DNA of 64,000 nucleotides from Eledone cirrhosa (GCA_964016885.1 OZ024745.1:25234001-25298000); one strand, 5' to 3'; shown: positions 1 to 11,613, numbered from the stretch's first letter. Notes: a model not told the origin generated them from the letters alone. Numbers and translations are program-made.

Positions 1-639
1 AGGCTGGTTGGTGAGAACCCACGGGGATTTAGTATGCCAGTGATTATCAAAATTTTAAGAATATATAATTATGGTTTCTTGAATGCAGCCTTATTATATT
101 ACAACATCTTAATGCAGCCTTTCTACATGAAAAGGTTTCCCACCTCTGTTATACACCTTTCTTGCACACTACCACTTTCCTCTTCTTTCCATCACATACT
201 TATTTACTCTTTTCCGATCTCATTTTCTGGTTGGTGGTGAATTGATGGTCTCTTTTGTTTTTGTTTACTTTTTTATCTCTATGGCCATATATTTTGGTGT
301 GTTATATTTGTAAGCTTCTTGACCACTTACCATCACCTTCATACATTTTGCTTCCATACATTCCTTCCAGCTATTCATCTTTACCTTCAGTCCATCCATA
401 CTTCCTGCATGAAACAACTCTCATGATAAATTTTTCTTTACACTTTAAGCAAATCATATCTTCACAACTACAAGTGGCAGTGGGTTTATATATAAGACAG
501 TAGGGAGTAATTTGAAGGAGATTAGGCAGCTATATCTAGCAGGTCAAGTAACCAAGTAGAGGCTTCTCATTTGATTTTAAACTTATTGGCAGTAATAATT
601 GTGTTGCTGTTGATGTTTTATAGTATTAACAATGTCACT

Positions 640-2245
640 ACCACCACAAATTGCAGCCAACCACCACCACTACTACTACTACCACTGCCACCACCACCAC
701 TACTACCACCACCACCACTACTACTACTACCACTGCCACCACCACCACTACTACCAACACCACCACCACTACTACTACCACTGCCACCACTACTACTACT
801 ACCACCACCACCACCACAACCACCAACACTACAACCACCACAATTGCAGCCAACCACCACTACTACAACTACCATCGCCACCACTACCACCACCACCTCC
901 ACTACAACCACCATCACTGCCACCTCCTCACTATCACCACCACCTCCACTACCACCACCACCATTACCACCACCACCACCATCACCACCACCATTACCAC
1001 CACCACCACCATCACCACCATCACCACCACCACTACCACCACCACCACCACTACCACCACCATCACCACCACCACTACCACCACCACCATTACCACCACC
1101 ACCACCATTACCACCACCACCACCATCACCACTACCACCACCATCACCACCACCACCACCACCACCACCACTACCACCACCATCACCACCACCACTACCA
1201 CCACCACCATTACCACCACCACCACCATCACCACCACCATTACCACCACCACCATCACCACCACCACTACCACCACCACCATTACCACCACCACCACCAT
1301 CACCACCACCATTACCACCACCACCACCACTACCAACGCCACCATCACCACCACCACTACCACCACCACCACCACTACCACCACCACCACTACCACCACC
1401 ACCACCACCACCATCACCACCACCATTACCACCACCACCACCATCACCACCACCATCACCACCACCATTACCACCACCACCACCATCACCACCACCACTA
1501 TCACCACCACCACCACTACCACCACCATCACTACCACCACTACCACCACCACCACCACTACCACCATCACCACCACTACCACCACCACCACTACCACCAT
1601 CACCACCACCACCACCACCACCATCACCACCACCACTACCACCACCACCACCACCACCACCACTACCACCACCACTACCACCATCACCACCACCACCACC
1701 ACCACCACCACCATCACCACCACCACCACCACTACCACCACCACCACCACTACCACCATCACCACCACTACCACCACCACCACCACTACCACCATCACCA
1801 CCACTACCACCACCACCACTACCACCATCACCACCACCACCACCACTACCACCACCATCACCACCACCACTACCACCACCACCACCACTACCACCATCAC
1901 CACCACCACCACCACCATCACCACTACCACCATCACCACCACCACCACCATCACCACCACCACTACCACCACCACCACCACCACCACCACCATCACCACC
2001 ACCACCACCACTACCACCACCACCACCACTACCACCATCACCACCACTACCACCACCACCACCACTACCACCATCACCACCACTACCACCACCACCACTA
2101 CCACCATCACCACCACCACCACCACTACCACCACCATCACCACCACCACTACCACCACCACCACCACTACCACCACTACCACCACCACTACCACCACCAC
2201 CACCACCACCATCACCACCACCACCACCACCACCACCACCATCTA
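640..2245. repeat. Imperfect (CCA/CTA/TCA)n trinucleotide array, about 1.6 kb
   Basis: Seen directly; it produces the poly-P/H/T/G/V ORFs in the track. Confidence 0.97.
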
Positions 2246-2375
2246 CAACTAACCACAACTTTCTCTGTCTGACCCTATATAACCCTGCCTGTCCACCTAT
2301 ACAACATTGGGAGGGGGGGGGGCAAGGTTACTGTCTTTCTCTGCTTTTATCTATCTTTCAGCATAGATAGTCACA

Positions 2376-3020
2376 GTGGTGGTGGTGGTGGTGGTGATGG
2401 TGGTGTTGGGGGTGGGGTGATAATGGTGGTGCTGGTGGTGGTGATGGTAGTAGAAGTGTTGTGTCTGGTTTCATTGGTAGTGCTGGTGGTGATGGTGCTG
2501 GTGGTAGTGTTGTGTCTGGTTTCAGTGGTGGTGATGATGGTGGTGGTGATGATGGTGGTGGCGGTGGTGGTCATGGTGGTGATGGTGGTGGTGGTGATGG
2601 TGATGGTATGGTGGTGGTGGTGATAGTGATGGCGATGGTGGTGGTGGTGGTGGTGATAGTGGTGGTGGTGGTGGTGGTGATAGTGATGGTGGTGATGGTG
2701 ATGGTGGTGGTGATAGTGGTGGTGGTGGTGATGGTGGTGGTGGTGATAGTGATGGTGGTGGTGGTGGTGGTGATGGTGGTGGTGGCGGTGGTGGTGGTGA
2801 TGGTGGTGGTGGTGGTGGTGATAGTGGTGGTGATGGGGATGGTGGTGATGGTGATGGTGGTGATGGTGGTGGTGATGGTGATGGTGGTGATGGTGGTGAT
2901 GGTGGTGGTGATGGTGATGGTGGTGGTGATGGTGATGGTGGTGGTGATGGTGGTGATGGTGGTGATGGTGGTGGTGATGGTGATGGTGGTGGTGATGGTG
3001 ACGGTGCTAATGGTGGTGGA
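2376..3020. repeat. Imperfect (GGT/GAT)n array, reverse complement of the preceding array
   Basis: Seen directly. Confidence 0.95.
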
Positions 3021-3219
3021 AATGTATGGATTACATTATTACCACCCACTCATCTCTCTTTCTCTCACCCTCTCTCTCTGCCTATGTCTCCCCACCGCCG
3101 TCTGTTTGTTGTTTTTGTTGATTGCAGTGGTGATTGTGTTAATGGTGGTATGTGTACATTACCACCCACTCATCTCTGTGGGGGGAAGGGCACTTTGATT
3201 GTGAATGGTACTTTAGGAA

Positions 3220-3441
3220 TAGTTGTAGTATTAGTAGTAGTAGTGGTAGTAGTAGTATTAATAGTAAAAGTAGTAGTAGTAGTAGTAGTATTAATAGTAA
3301 AAGTAATAGTAGTGGTAGTAGTAGTAGCAATAGTAGTATTAATAGTAAAAGTAGTAGTAGTGGTGGTAGTCGTAGTATTAATAGTAAGAGTAGTAGTAGT
3401 AGTAGTAGAAGTAGTATTAATAGTAAAAGTAGTAGTAGTAA

Positions 3442-3473
<32 letters not shown>

Positions 3474-3505
3474 ATAGTGAATGTAGTAGTAGTAGTGGTA
3501 GTAGC
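3220..3505. repeat. Imperfect (AGT)n microsatellite
   Basis: Seen directly. Confidence 0.95.
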
Positions 3506-3619
3506 AGTGGGTGGTATGTGATTGATTCTGAAGGTGAGACTCATGCAGCACTGGGGTACAACTTTTGTTAAGGTGGTGGGGGAGTGGTTGTAAATTTTAC
3601 ATTAATTTAACTCTTTTGC

Positions 3620-3742
3620 TGTTTTCAGTCAGTAGATTATGGCCATGCTTGGGCAATGGTTTCAGTCAGTAGATTATGGCCATGCTGGGGCACTACTTTC
3701 ACTCAGTAGATTATGGCCATGTTGGGGCACTGGTTTTAGTCA
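3620..3742. repeat. Three tandem copies of an ~37-bp unit (ttttcagtcagtagattatggccatgctggggcact)
   Basis: Seen directly. Confidence 0.85.
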
Positions 3743-4021
3743 GAGACCAGCAGCCAGTGGTCAACATAGAGACAATCCACAAGGTGGGTGACAGGTGGCT
3801 TGTCTCTCTGTTGACCACTGGTAACTGGTCTCAGGTCCCATGAGGCAATTTTGCCCATCACTGTCCTTGACAGCATGTGGCTGTTTTAACGGCTGTTTTA
3901 GCAATTGAGTTTTCTTATTTTTATATTTAAAATACACTCTTGCTTCATCTCAATCAGAGATAACTTTGTTTTATTTCATTTAAGTACATTATGTAGTTAT
4001 CCCGTACTGAGTTCAATAATG

Positions 4022-4550
4022 ATAATTCTTTCTACTTTTGGTACAAGGCCAGCAATTTAAAGAGAATGGGAAAGTCAACTAAATCCATTCAGTACATTAC
4101 TGGTACTTTATTTTATCGACCCCGTAAGGATGAAAGGCAAAGTTAACCTCAGCAGAACTCAGAATATAAAGGGCTGCAATTACGAGGATTTGCCACAAAG
4201 TATGTTGCCAATCCACTGTCCTAAGGAGTCAATAATAATTGTTTCTACTTTTGGCACAAGGCCAGCAATTACCCAGTACATTACTGGTACTTTATTTTAT
4301 TGACCTTTACTTTTTTTTTATTAAGGAGTCAATAATAATGAAAATAAATGTTTCTGATTTAAGCACAAAGCCAACAATTTTGGGGGAGGAAAAGTTGATT
4401 AAATCGACCTCAGTGCATTACTGGTACTTTATTCCATTGACCCCGTAAGGATGACAGGCAAAGCTAAACTCGGCAAGATTTGAACTCAGAGCGTAAAGGG
4501 CCGTAACTTAATGCCGAAAAGCATGTTGTACTGGCAATCCACTGCCCTAA
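4022..4550 (-). mobile_element. Cluster of tRNA-derived SINE copies (family A)
   Basis: Reverse complement of the GCCTTTCATCCTTACGGGGTCGATAAAATAAAGTACCAG central domain and the B-box GAGTTCAAATCC. The same family recurs more than 20 times in the window. Confidence 0.85.
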
Positions 4551-5028
4551 AAGGTCAATAATAATAATAATATTTATTATTATTTCTGCTTTAGACACCA
4601 GGCCAACAATTTGGGGGGTATAATACTCTTCTTCTTCTTCTTCTTCTCCGTCTTCTCCTTCTTCTTCTTCTTCTTATTATTATTATTATTCTCCTTATTC
4701 TTCTCCTCCTCCTCCTCCTCCTCCTCCTCCTCCTTCTTCTTCTTCTTCTTCTTCTTCTTCTTCTTCTTCTTCTTCTTCTCCTTCTTCTTCTTCAATGTAT
4801 TTATGCAATATCACCACCCTCTCATCTCTTCCTCTCCCTATCTATCTATTTGTCTATCTCTATATCCACCCACCCACCCACCCAAAGGTTTTGAGAATCA
4901 CCCTAACCCCCACAACTCTATTAGGAGTTAAAAACCCAAAGCAAGGCAAAACTTTGAAACTACAATTTGTTTTTGTTGTGTTTATTTGTCATTAGTAATG
5001 ATGTTTTTGGTGGTAGGAGTGTGTGTGC

Positions 5029-5083
<55 letters not shown>

Positions 5084-5129
5084 TGTGTGTATATGTATAT
5101 ATATATATATATTTTTTTTTTTTCTTTTT

Positions 5130-5188
5130 TCATTTACCCCCTTTAACCAGCACTCTTTATGTTATCTCCCCCAGCCCTTTTAAATGTA

Positions 5189-5253
<65 letters not shown>

Positions 5254-5475
5254 GTGTGTGTGTATATGTGTGTGTATATGTATATATATATACATATATA
5301 TATATATATTTTTTTTTTCATTTACCCCCTTTTACCAGTATTCTTTTTGTTATCTCCCCCCCAGCCCTTTTAAATGTGTGTGTGTATATGTATATATATA
5401 TATATATATATTTATTTACCCCCTTTAACCAGCACTCTTTTTTTTTCTTCCCCCAGCCCTTTTAAATGTGTGTGC
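5130..5475. repeat. Three copies of an ~60-bp unit (tttaccccctttaaccagcactc...ccccagcccttttaaatg) separated by (TA)n/(TG)n tracts
   Basis: Seen directly. Confidence 0.8.
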
Positions 5476-6079
5476 GCATATGTATGTATGCATTCATGTG
5501 TATGAATATATAGATTGTTTGGTTTGCCTTGAGTTTCCCTGCTGGCACACTGACATCATTCCCAGCCAGATAGCAGCAGCAGCAGCAGTGGAAGAAGGAG
5601 GAGGGGGAAAGGTATACCCCCCTCCTCATCCCACCCGATCTCATTAGCATGTGAAATGTCTGTCTGTCTGGGATTGTTTGGTGTTGCAGGTGGAGTGTTT
5701 GTTGTGTGTTTATTTGGTGGGAAAAAAATACATTGAGGAAAGAATGAATGAGAGAGAAAGAGAGAGAGAGAGAGAGAAAGACTTTTATGTAGTCCTTCCT
5801 TGTATATAAATATTATGAAAACATATCATCATCAACATCATTATAATTTAACATCCTGCTTTCCTTGTTAGCAAGGGTTGGAGCTTGCTAGAGTTGAAAT
5901 ATACCCTCTGGCTGACCAATGTTAATGAATTTGGTAGGTGGGAGTTGTGAAAACCTGTTGCTTGTATGTGTAGGTCTTAGTCTCCAAAATACTGTTAAAT
6001 CAGTGAATCTCTTACAATACTGAAAATTATAGGTTGCCAACAGGAAGGACATTTGGCCATAGAAATTTGTTATGGTTAA

Positions 6080-6300
6080 CTTTTTAGCATTTAAACCGGC
6101 TGTATCCAGCCAGAACTGCCTCACCTCTTTCTGTTCAAACCAGTTGTAATCGGCCACTCATACTGACGTTAAGGTAATGTTCTGAAAATAAATAATATCA
6201 AAATCTCATAAATTTGATATTATGTGAGATAATTATGCAAGGTAAAGCCTTTACCATGAAAATACAATAGTAAATATAGAATAATGTAAATACTAAAGGA
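6080..6300. mobile_element. piggyBac-like MITE
   Basis: TTAA on both sides and imperfect TIRs (c..tttagcattt / aaatactaaagg). Related copies at 34686-34893, 35204-35403 and a fragment at 44650-44730. Confidence 0.75.
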
Positions 6301-6377
6301 TTAAAGCAAGATATTAATAATATATATCAGGTATTAATAATATATATCAGATATTAATAATATATATCAAGATATTA

Positions 6378-8579
6378 CTTGATGCTTTCGACAGTAAGGA
6401 AGAACATTTAGAGTCGGACAATATAGAGGGAGAGTGGGAATTTCTGAAAGCAAACCTGCTGTTGGCGACAGACGAAGTCTGTGGCTGGAGCAGGCCTGTA
6501 GGCAGGAGGAGAGTAACATGGTGGTGGAACAGTAAGGTGGAGGGGTCAATTAAGGCCAAAAAGCAGGCTTGGAAAGTATGGCGGGATGGGGGAAGTAGAG
6601 AAGACTATCAAGTGGCCAGGAGGGAAGCTAGGAGACAAGTGTACTTAGCAAGAAGGGAAGCTGAGGAAAGAAAGTTCAAGCATGTTCTACAACGCGATGA
6701 CCAAAAACGTGAGGTGTTCAGGATTGCTAGACAATGCGTCAAGGAAAACCGTGATATTGTCGGGGAGAAGTGTGTACTAAACGACGATGGCACACTTGCC
6801 ATCACCGACGCTGATAAGAAGGTAGCTTGGAAGTGTCACTATCAAAGGCTACTAAATGAGGAGAATAAATGGGAGAAAGACAGTCTCCCCCATATCGACC
6901 CAATAGAGGGACCAGCAGTGTTAGTCGAGGGGAGTATAATAAGTAAGGCAATCAAGGATATGAAGACGGGTAAGGCGGCTGGGCCTTCAGAAATAGTTGC
7001 TGAGATGCTGAAGGCATCTGGCACGGTGGGACACACCATGGTCACCCGCATAGTTAACCAAGTCGTACAGAATGGGGTTGTTCCGAAGGACTGGCATAGC
7101 AGCATCATCGTTAACTGTTATAAGGGAAAAGGAGACGCCCTAGATAGGAGTAACTATAGAGGCATTAAATTAATCGACCAGGTCATGAAGGTCACGGAAA
7201 AAGTAATAGCGCAACTAATCAGAGAGAGAATTGACCTAGATGAAATGCAGTTCGGGTTTGTGTCAGGCAAAAGTACCACAGACGCTCTTTTCATAGTACG
7301 ACAACTACAGGAGAAGTACCTAGCTAAAGGTAAACCCCTCTACTTAGCTTTTGTCGACTTGGAGAAAGCCTTCGACAGAGTCCCCCGCTCCATTATCTGG
7401 TGGGCTCTTAGAAAACTAGGCGTTGACGAATGGCTTGTGAGGGCTATACAAGCCATGTATAAAGAAACAGTCAGCAAGGTTAGAATTAACAACGAATATA
7501 GTGAAGAGTTTAGCGTAAAAGTTGGCGTCCATCAGGGCTCTGTTCTCAGCCCCCTACTATTTATTATTGCCCTTCAGGCTATAACAGAGGAGTTCAAGAC
7601 AGGCTGCCCATGGGAACTCCTATACGCAGACGACCTGACACTCATAGCGGAATCAATGGCCGAGCTAGAGAAGAAATTCCAAACATGGAAGCACGGCCTA
7701 GAGTCAAAAGGACTTAAAATTAACCTGGCTAAGACCAAAGTTCTAGTTTGTAGGAAAGAAAACAAGGCGGCGGTCTCTTCTGGGAAATGGTCGTGCTCGG
7801 TGTGTAGGAAAGGCGTAGGTAGAAACTCCATTTTATGTCCTAAATGCAAAGTATGGGTGCATAAAAGATGTAGTGGGATCACAGGTAAGCTAACTAAGAA
7901 CATAGATTTTACATGTGGCCGGTGTTCTGGTGCAATAAGTAGCAGCAAGTGCCCACAAAATACTAGCTCTTTCAATTGCGCAGAGGGTTCTATAGAAATA
8001 GTGGACAGCTTCCGTTACCTGGGCGATAAAATCAGCAGTGGGGGAGGGTGCTCTGAAAGTACTGTAGCTAGAGTCAGAACTGGTTGGAAAAAGTTCAGAG
8101 AGCTTATACCACTATTAGCTGCTAAAGGGTTCTCCCTAAAAATGAAAGGCAGGTTGTACGATGCCTGCATACGAACAGCAATGCTGCATGGCAGTGAGAC
8201 CTGGGCATTGTGTGCAGAGGATATACGCAGACTAGAGAGGAACGAAGCTTGCATGCTCCGCTGGATGTGTAACAGTAATATACGTGAACGGCAAAGCATA
8301 AACGAACTAAGGAAAAAATTAGAGATAAGAGGGATCAGATGTTGTTTACTCGAGAGAAGGCTACGTTGGTATGGACACGTGATGCGCATGAAAGTCGATA
8401 GCTGTATAACAAAGTGCAGGGCAATAAAGATAGACGGTAGTCACGGAATAGGCAGACCTAGAAAAACCTGGGACGAGCTGATAAACTCCGACATCACACA
8501 CTTACACCTCTCCAAGACAATGTCACTGGACCGAGACCTTTGGCGGTACTCAGTAACAGAGAAGACCCGCCTTACCTAA
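6378..8579 (+). CDS. RTE LINE ORF, N-terminally truncated: reverse transcriptase with an inserted C4HC3 PHD-type finger; endonuclease absent
   Basis: Motifs KAAGPS, NYRGIKL, QFGF, AFVDLEKAFDRV, GVHQGSVLSP, LLYADD, FRYLG, RLRWYGHVMR and GRPRKTW. The frame is open from 6378 with no stops or frameshifts. Confidence 0.92.
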   Translation, partial: LDAFDSKEEHLESDNIEGEWEFLKANLLLATDEVCGWSRPVGRRRVTWWWNSKVEGSIKAKKQAWKVWRDGGSREDYQVARREARRQVYLARREAEERKFKHVLQRDDQKREVFRIARQCVKENRDIVGEKCVLNDDGTLAITDADKKVAWKCHYQRLLNEENKWEKDSLPHIDPIEGPAVLVEGSIISKAIKDMKTGKAAGPSEIVAEMLKASGTVGHTMVTRIVNQVVQNGVVPKDWHSSIIVNCYKGKGDALDRSNYRGIKLIDQVMKVTEKVIAQLIRERIDLDEMQFGFVSGKSTTDALFIVRQLQEKYLAKGKPLYLAFVDLEKAFDRVPRSIIWWALRKLGVDEWLVRAIQAMYKETVSKVRINNEYSEEFSVKVGVHQGSVLSPLLFIIALQAITEEFKTGCPWELLYADDLTLIAESMAELEKKFQTWKHGLESKGLKINLAKTKVLVCRKENKAAVSSGKWSCSVCRKGVGRNSILCPKCKVWVHKRCSGITGKLTKNIDFTCGRCSGAISSSKCPQNTSSFNCAEGSIEIVDSFRYLGDKISSGGGCSESTVARVRTGWKKFRELIPLLAAKGFSLKMKGRLYDACIRTAMLHGSETWALCAEDIRRLERNEACMLRWMCNSNIRERQSINELRKKLEIRGIRCCLLERRLRWYGHVMRMKVDSCITKCRAIKIDGSHGIGRPRKTWDELINSDITHLHLSKTMSLDRDLWRYSVTEKTRLT

Positions 8580-8975
8580 ATATATAGTAAAACCTACTCC
8601 AGCCAGTAGGCATCTCTAACAAAATACACCCCGTCCCACCACCACCACCACCCCCACCCCATCCACACCACCCCGTTCTATGTAAAGTTATGTTGGTGCC
8701 GCGCCATCGAGGCCGAAACAAATGAGATCGTGTAGGTGTCACGACAAAAAAACACACAGTCCACGCTGTAATGTGGCCGTGTAGGCAACACGGTAAAAAC
8801 CTCCCAGTCCCACACTGTAAATGTGGTTGGTGTTAGGAAGGGCATCCAACTGTAGAAAACCTGCCAGACAGTCCTATGCGAGCAAGACAATCACTCTTGC
8901 CTCAAGTGGGACTACCCCCGTCCAAACCCATGCAAGCGTGGAACACGGACGTTAAACGTTGATGATGATGATGAT
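6378..8975 (+). mobile_element. 5'-truncated RTE-clade LINE with an uninterrupted RT frame, 3' UTR and (GAT)n tail
   Basis: RT motifs are present, the 3' UTR ends GTTAAACGTT(GAT)n, and a candidate 7-bp TSD GATATTA lies at 6371-6377 and 8976-8982. Confidence 0.93.
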
Positions 8976-9070
8976 GATATTAGGGCGGTGGATTGGCATT
9001 ATCGGTAGAGGGTCAGACACCATGCTTTGCAGAGTTATGGCCCTTTATGGTCTGAGTTCAAATCCCGCGA

Positions 9071-9570
9071 AAATACATCCAGTACATGATGTAAAGTTGT
9101 AGAGCTGGTGCTATGATAAAATACATCCAGTACATGATGTAAAGTTGTAGAGCTGGTGCTATGATAAAATACACCCAGTACATGCTGTAAAGTGGTAGAG
9201 CTGGTGCTATGATAAAATACACCCAGTACATGCTGTAAAGTGGTAGAGCTGGTGCTATGATAAAATACACCCAGTACATGCTGTAAAGTTGTAGAGCTGG
9301 TGCTATGATAAAATACACCCAGTACATGCTGTAAAGTGGTAGAGCTGGTGCTATGATAAAATACATCCAGTACATGCTGTAAAGTGGTAGAGCTGGTGCT
9401 ATGATAAAATACACCCAGTACATGCTGTAAAGTGGTAGAGCTGGTGCTATGATAAAATACATCCACTACATGCTGTAAAGTGGTAGAGCTGGTGCTATGA
9501 TAAAATACATCCAGTACATGATATAAAGTGGTAGAGCTGGTGCTATGATAAAATACACCCAGTACATGTA
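9071..9570 (+). repeat. 48-bp minisatellite, about 10 copies, derived from an RTE 3'UTR subunit
   Basis: Period 48 (atacatcc at 9073 and 9121). It runs into GGCATTAGGAAGG, as in the RTE 3'UTR. Confidence 0.88.
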
Positions 9571-10101
9571 AAGTGTTTGGCATTAGGAAGGACAACTATC
9601 CATAGAAACATTCAGGCATCTCTGTCCATTTTTTCCCATCTCCATGAGTACTTTGAAGTACCAGTAGAGCATCAGACAACATCTTTTGCAGTATATAGTT
9701 ATGGTTCTTTTTGTTCTGAGTTCAAATCTCCTTGAGGTAAACTTTGTCTTTCATCACAGGTCGATAAAATAAAGTACAAATTAAGAACTGAGTTCAATAT
9801 AATAGACTTGCCCCCCCCCCCCCCCCCCCCCCCCACCACAAAAAAAAAAGAAAAAAGAAACACCATTATTGCTACAGTTTTTTAAATCCAGATCTGCCCA
9901 AAAAGGTGTTTTAGCCATGACCACTCGATGATTTTTATTTTTTTTTATTTCTAGATAAAGTATGCATTTTCAGACCACCTTATCCAGTATATTCTATCTA
10001 AAATAGCAAGGTGTGCTGTGAAGGAGATTTTAGCTACTATCTCTAGCTGGTCAAACAACCCTTGTAGAGGCTCTGATATTGACTCAATTAGAACATTGTC
10101 T

Positions 10102-10189
<88 letters not shown>

Positions 10190-10269
10190 CGTCGTCGCCG
10201 CCGCCGTTGTTGTTGTTGTTGTTGAAAATGTCAAATTAATGGGTTTTATTTATTATTTTTTTCTTCTAG

Positions 10270-10348
10270 TGGCAATGGTAAGCTGGCGTCGTGGTGTGCA
10301 ATCTTTGGTTTCTGTGTTATGATGTCATTGGATGTTGGACTTGTGTGA
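10270..10348 (+). CDS. SLC39A11: Last coding exon of zinc transporter ZIP11 (C-terminal TM helix and stop); exon continues as UTR to 10360
   Basis: Polypyrimidine tract + AG at 10268-10269. After a phase-2 base the frame reads GNGKLASWCAIFGFCVMMSLDVGLV-TGA, closely matching the ZIP11 C-terminus as I recall it (SGNGKLASWASILGFVVMMSLDVGLG). Consensus donor ATG|GTAAGT at 10360/10361. No upstream ZIP11 exons recognised in the window. Confidence 0.88.
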
Positions 10349-10500
10349 GAAGGCATCATGGTAAGTAGATTTACTAGGGCTTATTACTAACTCTTTCGCA
10401 GAATTCCCTTTTTTTTTGGACAATTAACAATTATTAATTTGAAAATGGGAGAGTCCAAAGCACAGAAAATAGCAGTAATAACAGCCAACCACTATAGATA

Positions 10501-10699
10501 TACCATACATACTTTTGAATATAAGCTGACCCCACTATTTTATGTCTGAGAAATGGGCAAAAATCCAAACCTTATTTATGTAGAATTTGAAGTTGGTAAA
10601 AATCATCAAAATATTGACCCTGAATATAAACCAACCCTGCCTTCTGCCATCAATTTTTTGGTCACATATTCCTCAGCTTATATTTGAGTATATACAGTA
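10501..10699. mobile_element. Tigger/pogo-like MITE
   Basis: Imperfect terminal inverted repeats TACCATACATACTTTTGAATATAAGCTGA / TCAGCTTATATTTGAGTATATACAGTA. Confidence 0.7.
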
Positions 10700-10899
10700 A
10701 TTGAAAAAATCAGATAAACAAACGACTCAGCAATCATATCTCTATCAAATATCTGCTCAACATTGCCAAGTTTAAACCAATCTCATCAGTTATCAAGTAA
10801 AGACTACTTAAGCTGTACAGTCATATCAAAAGATCAACTCATGGTGGAGTAAGTTATGCCTAGAAGGAAAGTTAGCTGGTAAGAGAATGCTAAAGCTGT

Positions 10900-11040
10900 G
10901 AAATCTTGCTTGTGTTAATTTCAGCTCTTTTTATTAATAACTCCATTGTTGCATTACAGGGACTATGTTGAAAAATAAACCTCATTTGGTCATTCCACGC
11001 GCTTATCTTGGTCAGCATATGAACTTTTCAGCCAACCATC
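10900..11040 (+). mobile_element. mariner-like element end fragment
   Basis: gggactatgttgaaaaataaacctcatttggtcattcc...gaacttttcagcc. Reverse-oriented relatives at 14910-15060 and 37018-37075. Confidence 0.6.
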
Positions 11041-11494
11041 ATATTATAGCCTCAATCTGATCAATGCTTTGTGAGTGGATTTAGAAGACAGAAATTTTGA
11101 GGAAGCCTCTTGCACATGTACCTTCATACATCTATGTGCATCTGTGTGTCTCTGTATGCGCTTTCATATTCACACTGTTTAAAGGAAGCAGTAACATTTG
11201 TTTATATCCCACACAAAGAACATGTCCCACAGCATATCAATTCAACAGACATCAGCACTATTTACTGTACTTAAAATGAAAGTATGTTTTGGTCTCATGA
11301 CGGGCCTTGGCCCTAGAAAAAATCTGCCTAAAAAAATATTGTTCAGCCCATGCCAACATGTAAAAATGATGATAAGGATGATGACCACAATGAAGGTTTG
11401 TTAAGCCTATAATATATGATAGGAGTGCTTCATATACATTTATAAATGCTATATATATAGCGAGAAAACCCACAATCCCTCCATCTCAATTCTA

Positions 11495-11530
11495 CTTTTG
11501 AAAAGCATAAGAACTGTGAAACCGGTAAAG
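11495..11530 (+). ncRNA. Minimal type I hammerhead-like fold with U3-A8 core variant
   Basis: ctt-TTGAAAA-gca(taagaac)tgt-GAAA-ccgg-TA-aag, followed by AATAAA. The stems are short. Confidence 0.55.
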
Positions 11531-11582
11531 GAAATAAATATTTAACAAAAAGACTCCAATTGAATTTTCGATTTCTTTTCCT

Positions 11583-11613
<31 letters not shown>

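Noticed and set aside
571-3571. Long poly-Pro/Gly/His/Thr/Val ORFs (extensin- or formin-like)
   Set aside because: They are open in nearly all frames on both strands because the trinucleotide repeats lack stops; no splice or domain evidence.
8983-9068. tRNA gene
   Set aside because: A/B-box-like motifs belong to a SINE head; no acceptor stem or cloverleaf.
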